Of a stretch of 64,000 nucleotides of DNA, positions 30,271-39,087 are shown piece after piece. The first letter of the stretch is position 1; each line of letters opens with the position of its first letter. The stretch is from assembly GCA_052168235.1 (NCBI GenBank), contig JBQLZK010000006.1, positions 96,001-160,000 of the forward strand. The letters run 5' to 3'. The notes below the pieces were generated by a model, which saw only the letters and a program-made list of their open reading frames with translations, ran no database searches and was not told the origin of the DNA. Origin of the DNA: Thainema sp. (GTDB lineage: Bacteria > Cyanobacteriota > Cyanobacteriia > Phormidesmidales > Phormidesmidaceae). The position numbers were made by a program, and so were the translations under genes.

Positions 30271-30921
30271 ATGAACGTCAACTTTGACTCCCAAACCGAA
30301 GAAGTCCGGATCGAGATCGTGCCGCTGATTGATGTGATCTTCTGCATCTTGACGTTCTTTATCCTGGCGGCAGTGAGCTTGACCCGACAGCAGGCCATTA
30401 ATGTTGATCTGCCCCAGGCCAGTACAGGTGCGCCGCAGATGCAGGATATGCTGCTGGTCAGTATCGATTCCATTGGTCAAATTTACGTCGAGCAGCAACC
30501 AGTCACCTTTCAGCAATTGACCGATGTGCTAGGCCAGTATGAGCAGGCGGTTCCAGAAGGACTGCTTGTTCTCTACGCCTCACGGAATGCTCGCTATGCA
30601 GAGGTTGTGGAGGTCTTAGATCTGCTCCGCTCGGTCGGTGGCGATCGGGTGGCGCTGGCTACGCTACCAGACACAGCCACTCCACTCAATCCCAACGATC
30701 CAGGACTGGATAATCCCTCCCAAGACGACCTGCTGCTGCCGGCTGATCCATTTGGTACTCCGGGTTCCGGTGATGGGTCACCGGGGTTGTCCGATCCGCT
30801 CGGTAGCGACCCGCTTAACCCGCTAGCGCCGGGTGGTTCTGGTTCTTTGGACAATGACGGCTCTGGTTTGCTGACTCCCTCCAATCCCAGCAGTTTGCCA
30901 TCAGATGACGCTGATAATTAA
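30271..30921 (+). CDS. exbD: ExbD/TolR biopolymer transport protein with Pro/Gly/Asp-rich tail
   Basis: IVPLIDVIFCILTFF, VDLPQA, YAEVVEVLDLLR. Confidence 0.9.
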   Translation: MNVNFDSQTEEVRIEIVPLIDVIFCILTFFILAAVSLTRQQAINVDLPQASTGAPQMQDMLLVSIDSIGQIYVEQQPVTFQQLTDVLGQYEQAVPEGLLVLYASRNARYAEVVEVLDLLRSVGGDRVALATLPDTATPLNPNDPGLDNPSQDDLLLPADPFGTPGSGDGSPGLSDPLGSDPLNPLAPGGSGSLDNDGSGLLTPSNPSSLPSDDADN

Positions 30922-31049
30922 TGACGCTGGCAATTAATGCTGACAATTAACTCAGTGGGATTTTTACCGTGGAACTTTAATGCGGCTGTATCGTCGTGTA
31001 GCTTCGTGGGCTGTTGGTTTTTTCCTGCTGATCTCATTCACATCTCCTT

Positions 31050-31646
31050 ATGAACAAGCTACTCAATTCGCTGGTTAAACGTCGCGCTCCACGTCTAGGT
31101 CAAGCTTGGGCGTTGGGCATGGGGATAGGTCTGTTCTGGTCGGGATCTGCGATCGCGGCTGAAACCGTAACGTTCAGATACAATGAGCTGGAATTTGGGG
31201 TTTCAACACCAGAGCTGCGCGTCTTTGCCGAAACGGGTGAAATCACCTCACCGCTTATCCGCTTGGCCTCTCGTCAATATCCTGAGATTGCTGACAAGGC
31301 TCGCTTAGTCCTTAATCAGAGCGTTGCCCTAGAAGGCAAAGTTGAAAAAGAAATTGGTAGCACAATCATTGGCTCTGCGGTGCTAGAACAGCTTGACAAA
31401 CTGCTAGATGACGCCACTGGGCAGGATAATACTGAACCTATTCAGTCAGCCATCTTGGCTGCTTATGCAGACGATCAAGTGGTTTCGCTAGTTGAGATTA
31501 TTGAGGAGTATCCCGAAGACAATATCGTCGTCAATCTCAGTAATTTAGAACAGGTTTACAGCGAGGCTTTAGCTGTGATTGAGCGTGTTCAGCCAGCTCT
31601 CGGGGTCCTCCAGGATGTGCTAGATATCCTGGGTGCTGGGAGCTAA
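31050..31646 (+). CDS. DUF1400 domain exported protein
   Basis: Signal peptide ending AIA-AETV, ELRVFAETG, SLVEIIEEYP. Confidence 0.75.
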   Translation: MNKLLNSLVKRRAPRLGQAWALGMGIGLFWSGSAIAAETVTFRYNELEFGVSTPELRVFAETGEITSPLIRLASRQYPEIADKARLVLNQSVALEGKVEKEIGSTIIGSAVLEQLDKLLDDATGQDNTEPIQSAILAAYADDQVVSLVEIIEEYPEDNIVVNLSNLEQVYSEALAVIERVQPALGVLQDVLDILGAGS

Positions 31647-31676
31647 TGATTTGAGGCCGAATGCAGGTGAGTTAAC

Positions 31677-31704
31677 GGGGGCGCAATGCGTCCCCTTCTT
31701 TTTT
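31677..31704 (+). terminator. Intrinsic terminator
   Basis: GGGGGCGCA-A-TGCGTCCCC followed by TTCTTTTTT. Confidence 0.7.
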
Positions 31705-32151
31705 GTGAACGATTTACAGTGCCGATGTTACACAAAAGATAACGATCAAGATAACGATGGGTTTCAATTCCACTAAAAAGAGACAGAACTACCCTTGGGT
31801 CGAAATATGGCCGTTTGAGGCAATTACCATCCCATTACACCACCTCACCTCATGGACTAATGTCATAAATGAGACACAATATGAACTTTGTTATATTTCA
31901 GTTCTCTTCAGTTAAGAACAGCCGCCGCAATCATTCGATATTGTGAGAGGTGGAGTATTTTCCGCTGTTCTAGCTGGAAGATGCGATCGCAAAAGATTGC
32001 TTCACTAAAAACTCCGTCCTCCTTATAAATCTCCGTTTGTGTTGGGAAACAGAATTGTTCCAGCAGCAGATTTTTCTGCTAGGAAACATTGGCTCCCGAC
32101 ATGAATTTAGTCAACCGAATGATGCTGAGCAATTGATCTGTTGTAATAGCA

Positions 32152-33006
32152 ATGATTGAAAAGATTTTACTAGCCGATTCCGGCACGGGTCATTCCGAAG
32201 AAATGCTCCAAGCGCTGATGGATATCCCGTCCATCAAAAATGCCTCAGTGACCGTCTTACACGTTGTCCCACCCCAAGTCTCTTCCGATACGATGACGGA
32301 GAAATGGGAAGAGGGCGGTAAGCTGCTTGCCGCCGCCGTGCAGCGTCTCCAGCTTGATCCAGGTAAAACCAACGCGATTTTGCGTGAGGGTGAACCCAAA
32401 GATGTAGTCTGTCAGGTTGCCGAAGAAATTGACACGGATCTAATTGTGATGGGTTCACGAGGGCTCAAGCGCCTCCAGTCCATCCTAGAGAATTCAGTCA
32501 GCCAGTATGTCTTCCAGTTAGCGGCCCGCCCAATGCTGCTGGTTAAAGACGATATCTACGTGAAAAAGATTAGGAAAATCTTAGTCGCGCTCGACAAATC
32601 CGATATGGCGAAACAGTGCCTCGATTTAGCGATCGCATTTGCCCGCGATGTTAGCGGCAGCGAACTAATCTTTGTTCACACCACACCAGATTTAAAGAGC
32701 AATCCCCAAGAGCTGTTTGCAGGCCATCCCGAAGACGATCCGGTACTGAAAAATGCCGTTGCTGAGGCGAAGAAGTACGGCATCAAGTACAAGTGTGAAG
32801 CACCAGCCGGAGAACCGGGACGCCGCATTTGCCAACTCGCTGAAGAAAAGAGCGTAGACTTGCTGATGCTCGGTTCACCCGAACGGCGTCCTTCAATTGC
32901 CAAGAGCTTACCCGATTTGGATCGCCTGCTGGGACGGTCTCTCTCAGATTTCATTCGCGTCTACGCCAATTGTCCAGTCATGCTAGTACGCCAGCCCACG
33001 GTGTAG
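32152..33006 (+). CDS. Tandem universal stress protein
   Basis: Two USP domains: KILLADSG...LIVMGSRG...SVSQYV and KILVALD...LLMLGS...SLSDFI...CPV. Confidence 0.93.
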   Translation: MIEKILLADSGTGHSEEMLQALMDIPSIKNASVTVLHVVPPQVSSDTMTEKWEEGGKLLAAAVQRLQLDPGKTNAILREGEPKDVVCQVAEEIDTDLIVMGSRGLKRLQSILENSVSQYVFQLAARPMLLVKDDIYVKKIRKILVALDKSDMAKQCLDLAIAFARDVSGSELIFVHTTPDLKSNPQELFAGHPEDDPVLKNAVAEAKKYGIKYKCEAPAGEPGRRICQLAEEKSVDLLMLGSPERRPSIAKSLPDLDRLLGRSLSDFIRVYANCPVMLVRQPTV

Positions 33007-33012
33007 GCGATT

Positions 33013-33120
33013 CTTGTTTACATCTTGCACCAATCTCAGGCGGGTGATTTTGTCGTCGCATCGCGGCAGCGAAATCCCTGGCCCAGCTTTTAGGTTTGCC
33101 AGGTGCAAGATGTGAGCAAG
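33013..33120. mobile_element. MITE-like element with ACATCTTGCACC/GGTGCAAGATGT TIRs
   Basis: 19-bp TIRs (17/19 match) at 33013-33031 and 33102-33120. Confidence 0.65.
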
Positions 33121-33200
33121 ATGCATAATCTAAAGAACCGGGGAAGCCCCGCCGGGGTTTCCCCGGTTCTTAGATGCGTTTACTTATGCCAACCTACTTA
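33121..33200. mobile_element. Left-truncated TAAGTAG-type MITE-like element
   Basis: Right end TGCGTTTACTTATGCCAACCTACTTA is 25/26 identical to 24754-24779; internal hairpin AAGAACCGGGGAAGCCCC...GGGGTTTCCCCGGTTCTT. Confidence 0.65.
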
Positions 33201-33278
33201 TAAAGCTCGATTAAACTTTATTAATTCAAAGGATTTTGGCCTAGATCTCAACATAATTCCCTGTCAGCCCCTTAAATC

Positions 33279-34223
33279 ATGGCTCAGGATATTCCCGCTC
33301 CCCGCAATCGTACACTGCGACTATCTGACGAAGAGCGATCGCACTTTCAATCAAACCTGCTCAAATTGTCCCAACCCGCTACTGTTGAGACCATTTTGAA
33401 TCGCACAGTCTGCCAAGATATGTTTGAAGTGCTTGATTATTTGCCTAGCAGCTTCGTAGACCTGCTGTTTCTCGATCCGCCCTACAACCTCAACAAGCAG
33501 TTTCGCCAGTTCAAAGTCCAGCAGCAGTCCAATCAGGATTATGCCGACTGGATCTTCACCTGGTTAAAACCGCTAACCCGCGTTTTGAAACCGACGGCTT
33601 CAGTCTATTTTTGCTGCGACTGGCACTCCTCTGCTGCGGTTTATTCCGTGGTTGAACAGCTGTTTAAAATCCGTAATCGCATCACTTGGGAGCGGGAAAA
33701 GGGACGAGCCGCTAAGAGCAATTGGAAAAATTGTGCCGAAGATATTTGGTTCTGTACGGTTGCCGACGACTATTATTTCGATGCTCAGGCCGTGCGCCTC
33801 AAGCGCCAGGTTCGCGCTCCCTACCGAGATTCCCAAGGCACCCCAAAAGATTGGCAACCCACTCGTCGGGGTAACTTTCGCCTGACGGCGGCCTCTAACC
33901 TGTGGACGGATTTAACCGTGCCGTTCTGGTCGATGCCGGAAAACACTGAACATCCCACCCAAAAACCTGAAAAGCTGCTCGCTAAGGTGATCCTGGCAAG
34001 CTGTCCTGCTGATAGCGTTGTGTTTGACCCGTTTTTAGGATCGGGTACGACTTCAGTGGTGGCTAAAAAGCTGGGGCGGCAGTTTGTCGGGATTGAAATG
34101 GACGAATATTATGCCTGTCTAGCCGAAAAGCGTTTAGCCTTAGCCGAGACGGACGTGCGGATTCAGGGATACTGCGATCGCATTTTCTGGGAACGCAACA
34201 GCCTGGGCGCACAACAGTGCTAG
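33279..34223 (+). CDS. Solitary site-specific DNA amino-methyltransferase (beta class, N6A/N4C)
   Basis: DPPY near N-terminus; HPTQKP and DPFLGSGTT near C-terminus. Confidence 0.93.
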   Translation: MAQDIPAPRNRTLRLSDEERSHFQSNLLKLSQPATVETILNRTVCQDMFEVLDYLPSSFVDLLFLDPPYNLNKQFRQFKVQQQSNQDYADWIFTWLKPLTRVLKPTASVYFCCDWHSSAAVYSVVEQLFKIRNRITWEREKGRAAKSNWKNCAEDIWFCTVADDYYFDAQAVRLKRQVRAPYRDSQGTPKDWQPTRRGNFRLTAASNLWTDLTVPFWSMPENTEHPTQKPEKLLAKVILASCPADSVVFDPFLGSGTTSVVAKKLGRQFVGIEMDEYYACLAEKRLALAETDVRIQGYCDRIFWERNSLGAQQC

Positions 34224-34265
34224 CCAAATAGCTTTCTTTGTTCGAGCAAAATTAGTTAAGCAACT

Positions 34266-34303
34266 AAAAAGCGAGAGAGCATTCAACTGAATGCTCTCTC
34301 GCT
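34266..34303 (-). terminator. Terminator downstream of psbM
   Basis: AGCGAGAGAGCATTCA-AC-TGAATGCTCTCTCGCT preceded by an A run (U tract on minus strand). Confidence 0.8.
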
Positions 34304-34404
34304 GTCAAAGAATTACTCTCAATCAGATTGGATCGTGTTCTAGACACCTTGCCTGTCTTCTGGAGAGGCATAGCGTTGCTACACCTCTACCCAGAGTCAA
34401 CCAC

Positions 34405-34515
34405 TTACTTGTTTGCTTGGCTACTGGCAGTCTGAATGTACAGAATCAACAGAAAAACCGTTGGTACTAGCACAAACAGAATGCTAGCCACAAATCCTAG
34501 ATTATTAACTTCCAT
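34405..34515 (-). CDS. psbM: Photosystem II reaction center protein M
   Basis: Hand-translated [36 protein letters not shown]; below ORF-track cutoff. Confidence 0.97.
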   Translation of the reverse strand: MEVNNLGFVASILFVLVPTVFLLILYIQTASSQANK

Positions 34516-34689
34516 GGGATCGAGCCTCTATTAAAACGCTAAGCAGGTCGAGCAAAATAACTACTGTCCAGAATATCATCTCAGCTCAACTGTTCTGACA
34601 TGATCCCATCTACATAAATTTGCGGTCATCATCAGGGGCTTACCCAAGAGCATGTCTGCTTGTTCTAGCCCCTGAAAATTCGTGGGTAA

Positions 34690-35031
34690 TTAAGCCTTCG
34701 CCTCCTCTACCTTCTCCGACTTGTTTGAGCGCGTCTGAGGTTTCGTTCGAACCGTCACTGACCCATTTACGATGGTTTGGCAGGCAAGACGATAGCTATC
34801 GGGCTTTTTGCGTAGCTTTCGCTCCTCTGCCTCAGTTTTGGGCGATAGATTTTCCATGCCCTCTACAATTTCCACCGCACAGGTACCACACTGCCCATAA
34901 CCACCGCAGTTCATCATCTTGCCAAACAAGGTGTAAATATCCACCTCATTTTCCAGAGCCTTGAGCCGCAAATTTGCTCCGTCGGCAGCAATCACTTCTT
35001 TCTCTTCTTCAATAAACTTAATATTTGCCAT
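34690..35031 (-). CDS. 2Fe-2S ferredoxin-like protein
   Basis: [11 protein letters not shown] and RLACQ; start MANIK with AGGAGG RBS. Confidence 0.93.
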   Translation of the reverse strand: MANIKFIEEEKEVIAADGANLRLKALENEVDIYTLFGKMMNCGGYGQCGTCAVEIVEGMENLSPKTEAEERKLRKKPDSYRLACQTIVNGSVTVRTKPQTRSNKSEKVEEAKA

Positions 35032-35404
35032 ACGGCTGTGCCCTCCTAGCAGTTTCATGACTGCTTCTGCGTCTACAATCTTCGTCTAGTCTGAATTCCT
35101 GCGTCTGTCCAACACCGTTCAGTGTGAACAAAGTGACGGTAACAGCATTCAAAACCCGCTTGCAATAGGGGGTTGGCACTGGTTACACTTCTTTATACAC
35201 TTTCATTTTTACAAAAGTATTGCCAAACGTCCATTTAACTATCTAGGCACAAGGCTACTTCCCTCTCTGGGTAAGAACCTCAGCTAAATGTAGTATTTGG
35301 CAGTACTTAGGCGGTTCTGATCTGGTAGTCTTAATTCCAGTATTAGCACCTTAATAAAAGGCTGAAAGAATCGTTGAAATCCGTATAGAGGAGGAGCGTA
35401 GTCA

Positions 35405-36931
35405 ATGGGACTACCTTGGTACCGAGTACATACAGTCGTCTTGAATGATCCAGGTCGACTGATTGCGGTTCACCTGATGCATACTGCACTGGTCGCAGGC
35501 TGGGCTGGCTCCATGGCCCTTTATGAATTAGCTATTTTCGACCCTAGTGATCCCGTTTTGAACCCAATGTGGCGTCAGGGCATGTTCGTACTGCCCTTTA
35601 TGGCCCGCTTGGGTGTAACGGAATCCTGGGGCGGCTGGAGCATCACGGGTGGAAGCGCAGTAGATCCTGGATTTTGGTCCTTCGAGGGCGTTGCTGCTGC
35701 CCACATCGTTCTGTCTGGCTTGCTGTTCCTAGCAGCTTGCTGGCACTGGGTCTATTGGGATTTGGATCTGTTCCGTGATGCACGGACAGGCGAACCAGCC
35801 CTAGACTTGCCTAAAATGTTTGGCATTCATTTGTTCCTGTCAGGACTACTTTGCTTTGGTTTTGGCGCATTCCACCTGACTGGTCTCTGGGGACCAGGCA
35901 TGTGGGTATCTGACCCCTACGGCTTAACGGGTAGTATTCAACCCGTTGCACCCGAATGGGGGCCTGCTGGGTTTAACCCATTTAATCCAGGTGGCGTTGC
36001 AGCCCACCATATTGCAGCAGGTGTTGTTGGGGTAATTGCTGGTCTATTCCACCTCAGCGTTCGTCCGCCTCAGCGACTCTACAAAGCGCTGCGTATGGGT
36101 AACATTGAAACCGTTCTATCCAGCAGTATTGCTGCGGTTTTCTTTGCTGCATTCGTAGTGGCTGGCACCATGTGGTACGGCAGTGCAACCACGCCCATCG
36201 AGCTGTTTGGCCCTACCCGCTATCAGTGGGATAGTGGCTACTTTAAGCAGGAAATTGATCGCCGAGTTCAAACCGAGTTAGCAAGCGGAGCTTCTCTAGA
36301 AGAGGCCTGGGAAACCGTTCCTGAAAAGCTAGCTTTCTACGATTACGTTGGCAACAACCCTGCTAAAGGTGGTTTGTTCCGGACAGGCGCGATGGTCAAT
36401 GGTGATGGCATTGCTCGTAGCTGGTTAGGCCATCCCGTCTTCAAGGACAGCGAAGGGCGCGAGCTTTTCGTCCGTCGGATTCCTAACTTCTTTGAGAACT
36501 TCCCCGTTGTTCTCACGGACAAAGATGGTATCGTTCGCGCTGACATTCCATTCCGTCGGGCTGAATCGAAGTATAGCTTTGAGCAGACTGGCGTCACGGT
36601 CAGCTTCTACGGTGGCGATCTAGATGGTCAAACCTTCACCGATCCGGCGGTTGTGAAGCGCTTTGCGCGGAAATCTCAGCTGGGCGAACCGTTCGAATTT
36701 GACCGCGAAACGTTGGATTCAGACGGTGTATTCCGGACGAGTCCGCGTGGCTGGTTTACTTACGGCCATGCTGTGTTTGCTCTCATCTTCTTCTTTGGTC
36801 ACATCTGGCACGGTTCTCGGACCTTGTACCGAGACGTGTTTGCTGGGGTTGACCCTGAGCTGTCTGAAGAGCAAGTGGAGTGGGGCTTCTTCCAGAAAGT
36901 GGGTGACAAGACAACCCGCAAGGAAGCTTAA
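35405..36931 (+). CDS. psbB: Photosystem II CP47 reaction center antenna protein
   Basis: [30 protein letters not shown]...; RBS GAGGAGG. Confidence 0.99.
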   Translation: MGLPWYRVHTVVLNDPGRLIAVHLMHTALVAGWAGSMALYELAIFDPSDPVLNPMWRQGMFVLPFMARLGVTESWGGWSITGGSAVDPGFWSFEGVAAAHIVLSGLLFLAACWHWVYWDLDLFRDARTGEPALDLPKMFGIHLFLSGLLCFGFGAFHLTGLWGPGMWVSDPYGLTGSIQPVAPEWGPAGFNPFNPGGVAAHHIAAGVVGVIAGLFHLSVRPPQRLYKALRMGNIETVLSSSIAAVFFAAFVVAGTMWYGSATTPIELFGPTRYQWDSGYFKQEIDRRVQTELASGASLEEAWETVPEKLAFYDYVGNNPAKGGLFRTGAMVNGDGIARSWLGHPVFKDSEGRELFVRRIPNFFENFPVVLTDKDGIVRADIPFRRAESKYSFEQTGVTVSFYGGDLDGQTFTDPAVVKRFARKSQLGEPFEFDRETLDSDGVFRTSPRGWFTYGHAVFALIFFFGHIWHGSRTLYRDVFAGVDPELSEEQVEWGFFQKVGDKTTRKEA

Positions 36932-36957
36932 GCGAATCAGATTGGCATGAGTTAGAC

Positions 36958-36998
36958 ATCCAGCGATCGCACTTCATCTATGAGATGCATCGCTGGAT
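36958..36998 (+). promoter_or_regulatory. Stem-loop between psbB and psbT
   Basis: ATCCAGCGAT...ATCGCTGGAT inverted repeat followed by TACTTTTT. Confidence 0.5.
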
Positions 36999-37092
36999 TA
37001 CTTTTTCCCGGTAATTCTGAACGAAATCACCCGGATTGGTTCTTAGAACCGATACACTGGAAATAAGAGAAAGCTCTGAGGAAAAGCTTGCT

Positions 37093-37191
37093 ATGGAAAG
37101 CGTTGCATATATTTTCATTTTCACCTGCATCATTGGCACTCTTTTCTTTGCGATCGCATTTCGGGAACCTCCCCGGATCAACAAAGACTAG
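37093..37191 (+). CDS. psbT: Photosystem II reaction center protein T
   Basis: Hand-translated MESVAYIFIFTCIIGTLFFAIAFREPPRINKD*. Confidence 0.97.
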   Translation: MESVAYIFIFTCIIGTLFFAIAFREPPRINKD

Positions 37192-37372
37192 GTGTCGCGC
37201 CAAGTTGGCGACTGTCTTATCGCTTTAGCATTTACTTAATAAGTCTTGGCGAGAGACAAACAGCTCAACTTCACGACAAAAAAATATCTTGGTTAACCCA
37301 AGTAAGGCTTAAGACATCCATCGGTGCTAGGCATTACTTGGGTTAAACCGTATAATGCAAAGTGATACAGAC

Positions 37373-37440
37373 TAAACTCACTTCATCTTGGAAGCCATTT
37401 TTCAATAGAAAAATCCGGATTTCTAAGATGAATTGGTTTA
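37373..37440. mobile_element. TA-ended degenerate palindromic element
   Basis: TAAAC...TTCATCTTGGAA / TTCTAAGATGAA...GTTTA; a separate 13-bp inverted repeat lies at 37293-37305 / 37334-37346. Confidence 0.4.
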
Positions 37441-37780
37441 ACGAGTTCAAAGTTACTTAAACGCTTTTGAGTTTGGGTTGGCTTTTTCCACTTCAGCATT
37501 TGTAAGTCTCAACGCTGGCTGATACAAAATCCGGTGCTTAAGTCCTTATCTAGCCTTATAAAAGATTTGCACTGCAACCTTTTTGTAAGGGATAAAGTTG
37601 GTGAAGGATAAAGTTGATTTTTACTAGTGAATACAGGATTTAACCGAATCAAGCGTTGTCTGAGCTTGATCAAAGCGTTGAGTAATGACTTAGGTAACTA
37701 ATTTTTTGTTCTGTTTTTGTTCGACCCGCCTCTATTTTGCAGTTGTTGAGCAAGGCAGGTTCACTTAGAGGATACTAGCC

Positions 37781-38323
37781 ATGCGTTGCCCTTTTTGTCA
37801 GCATCCCGATAATCGCGTCTTAGAGTCGCGTTCTGCTGAATCTGGCCAAAGTGTCCGACGGCGACGCGAGTGTTTACAGTGCAATCGTCGGTTTACAACC
37901 TATGAGCGCATTGAATTTGTTCCAGTTACAGTCATTAAGCGCAACGAAGAACGAGAATCGTTTGATCGTTCGAAGCTCCACAAAGGAATTGCCCGTGCGT
38001 GTGAAAAAACGGGCGTTGAAGTCGCGGTTATAGAACGAATAGTGGATGACATCGAAGCTGAGTTGCAGCAGAGAGCCGATCGGGAAGTGCGGAGCGAAGA
38101 GATCGGTCAGCTTGTTCTCCAACATTTGCAGTCGATTAACGAAGTTGCCTATGTCCGCTTTGCTTCGGTTTATCGGCAGTTTCAGGGTATTCGTGACTTT
38201 ATTGAGGTACTTGAAGATCTGCGGGATCCCACTGCGGACAAAACTCCGCGATCACAAAGTGCAAGACCAGCCTCTACGGAAACTCCCTCGGAACCGGAGT
38301 TGGCCTCCAAATCAGGACGGTAA
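37781..38323 (+). CDS. nrdR: Transcriptional repressor NrdR
   Basis: MRCPFC...VLESR...[18 protein letters not shown] cone, [10 protein letters not shown]. Confidence 0.98.
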   Translation: MRCPFCQHPDNRVLESRSAESGQSVRRRRECLQCNRRFTTYERIEFVPVTVIKRNEERESFDRSKLHKGIARACEKTGVEVAVIERIVDDIEAELQQRADREVRSEEIGQLVLQHLQSINEVAYVRFASVYRQFQGIRDFIEVLEDLRDPTADKTPRSQSARPASTETPSEPELASKSGR

Positions 38324-38383
38324 ACGATTGATACTTGTTACTCGCTATCAGTTATTCAGTTATCCACGCTGCCGTGATCGACT

Positions 38384-38716
38384 CTAACGCCAGCGCCAGC
38401 GGGCATCTAGAATGGTGCGACTGAGAACCCGCAGTGGATCAGGCGTTTCTCCTGAAAATAGTGAAAAATCAACTGGGCCGAAGTATCGTTCTGCCTGCTC
38501 TGCTAGGCGTTCGAGGAACGGATCATCTAAATGAATGCGGGTTGCTAGTCGAATTGAAAGTAAAGGAACTCCTCCCTGACCTTCCCCAGGAATAATGCTC
38601 CATTCGTACTCATCTAGAACAGATTGGAGCGATGGATCAAGCGATGCTTTGAATTGCTTGAGAGATGCAAGTTTGGATTGAAGTTCTCGTAGCAATCCAG
38701 AGTCGGTTGGCTTCAT
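38384..38716 (-). CDS. Hypothetical protein
   Basis: 110-aa ORF with GAGG RBS, filling the gap without overlap. Confidence 0.7.
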   Translation of the reverse strand: MKPTDSGLLRELQSKLASLKQFKASLDPSLQSVLDEYEWSIIPGEGQGGVPLLSIRLATRIHLDDPFLERLAEQAERYFGPVDFSLFSGETPDPLRVLSRTILDARWRWR

Positions 38717-38828
38717 GGAGATGCCTCATTGAACGTGGATAATTCCCTTGCCTAGATTGATCGTAGCCTTGCTTCAGGCATTGTGAGATAAAGACTTTCT
38801 AAGACTCTTGAAGATGAGAGTTAAAACG

Positions 38829-39026
38829 ATGACAACAGACGTAACGATTAAACTCGATCAGTTTCTCAAGTTAATAGGTATTGCTCCGACGGGTGGAATC
38901 GCCAAGATGATGATCCAAAGCGGAGATGTGCAGGTGAATGGCGAAGTTGAAACTCGTAGAGGGCGTAAGCTGTTACCAGGAGACCAGGTGACAGTCGGTT
39001 CACAAATGTATGAATTTGAAGGGTGA
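38829..39026 (+). CDS. RNA-binding S4 domain protein (YbcJ/YaaA-like)
   Basis: IKLDQFLKL.G...TGG.AK..IQ.G.V.VNGEVETRRGRKL. Confidence 0.93.
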   Translation: MTTDVTIKLDQFLKLIGIAPTGGIAKMMIQSGDVQVNGEVETRRGRKLLPGDQVTVGSQMYEFEG

Positions 39027-39087
39027 TGCAGATTTTATATCGAATCTGCTCAAAGCTTGTCTGCCACATTAGTTACCGAGTGGGGGG

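Noticed and set aside
35182..35199. RpaB HLR1 site upstream of psbB (GTTACA...TTTATA, 10-bp period)
   Set aside because: Plausible but the second half-site mismatches; too weak to call without conservation data.
36978..37184. 68-aa minus-strand ORF
   Set aside because: Antisense shadow of psbT.
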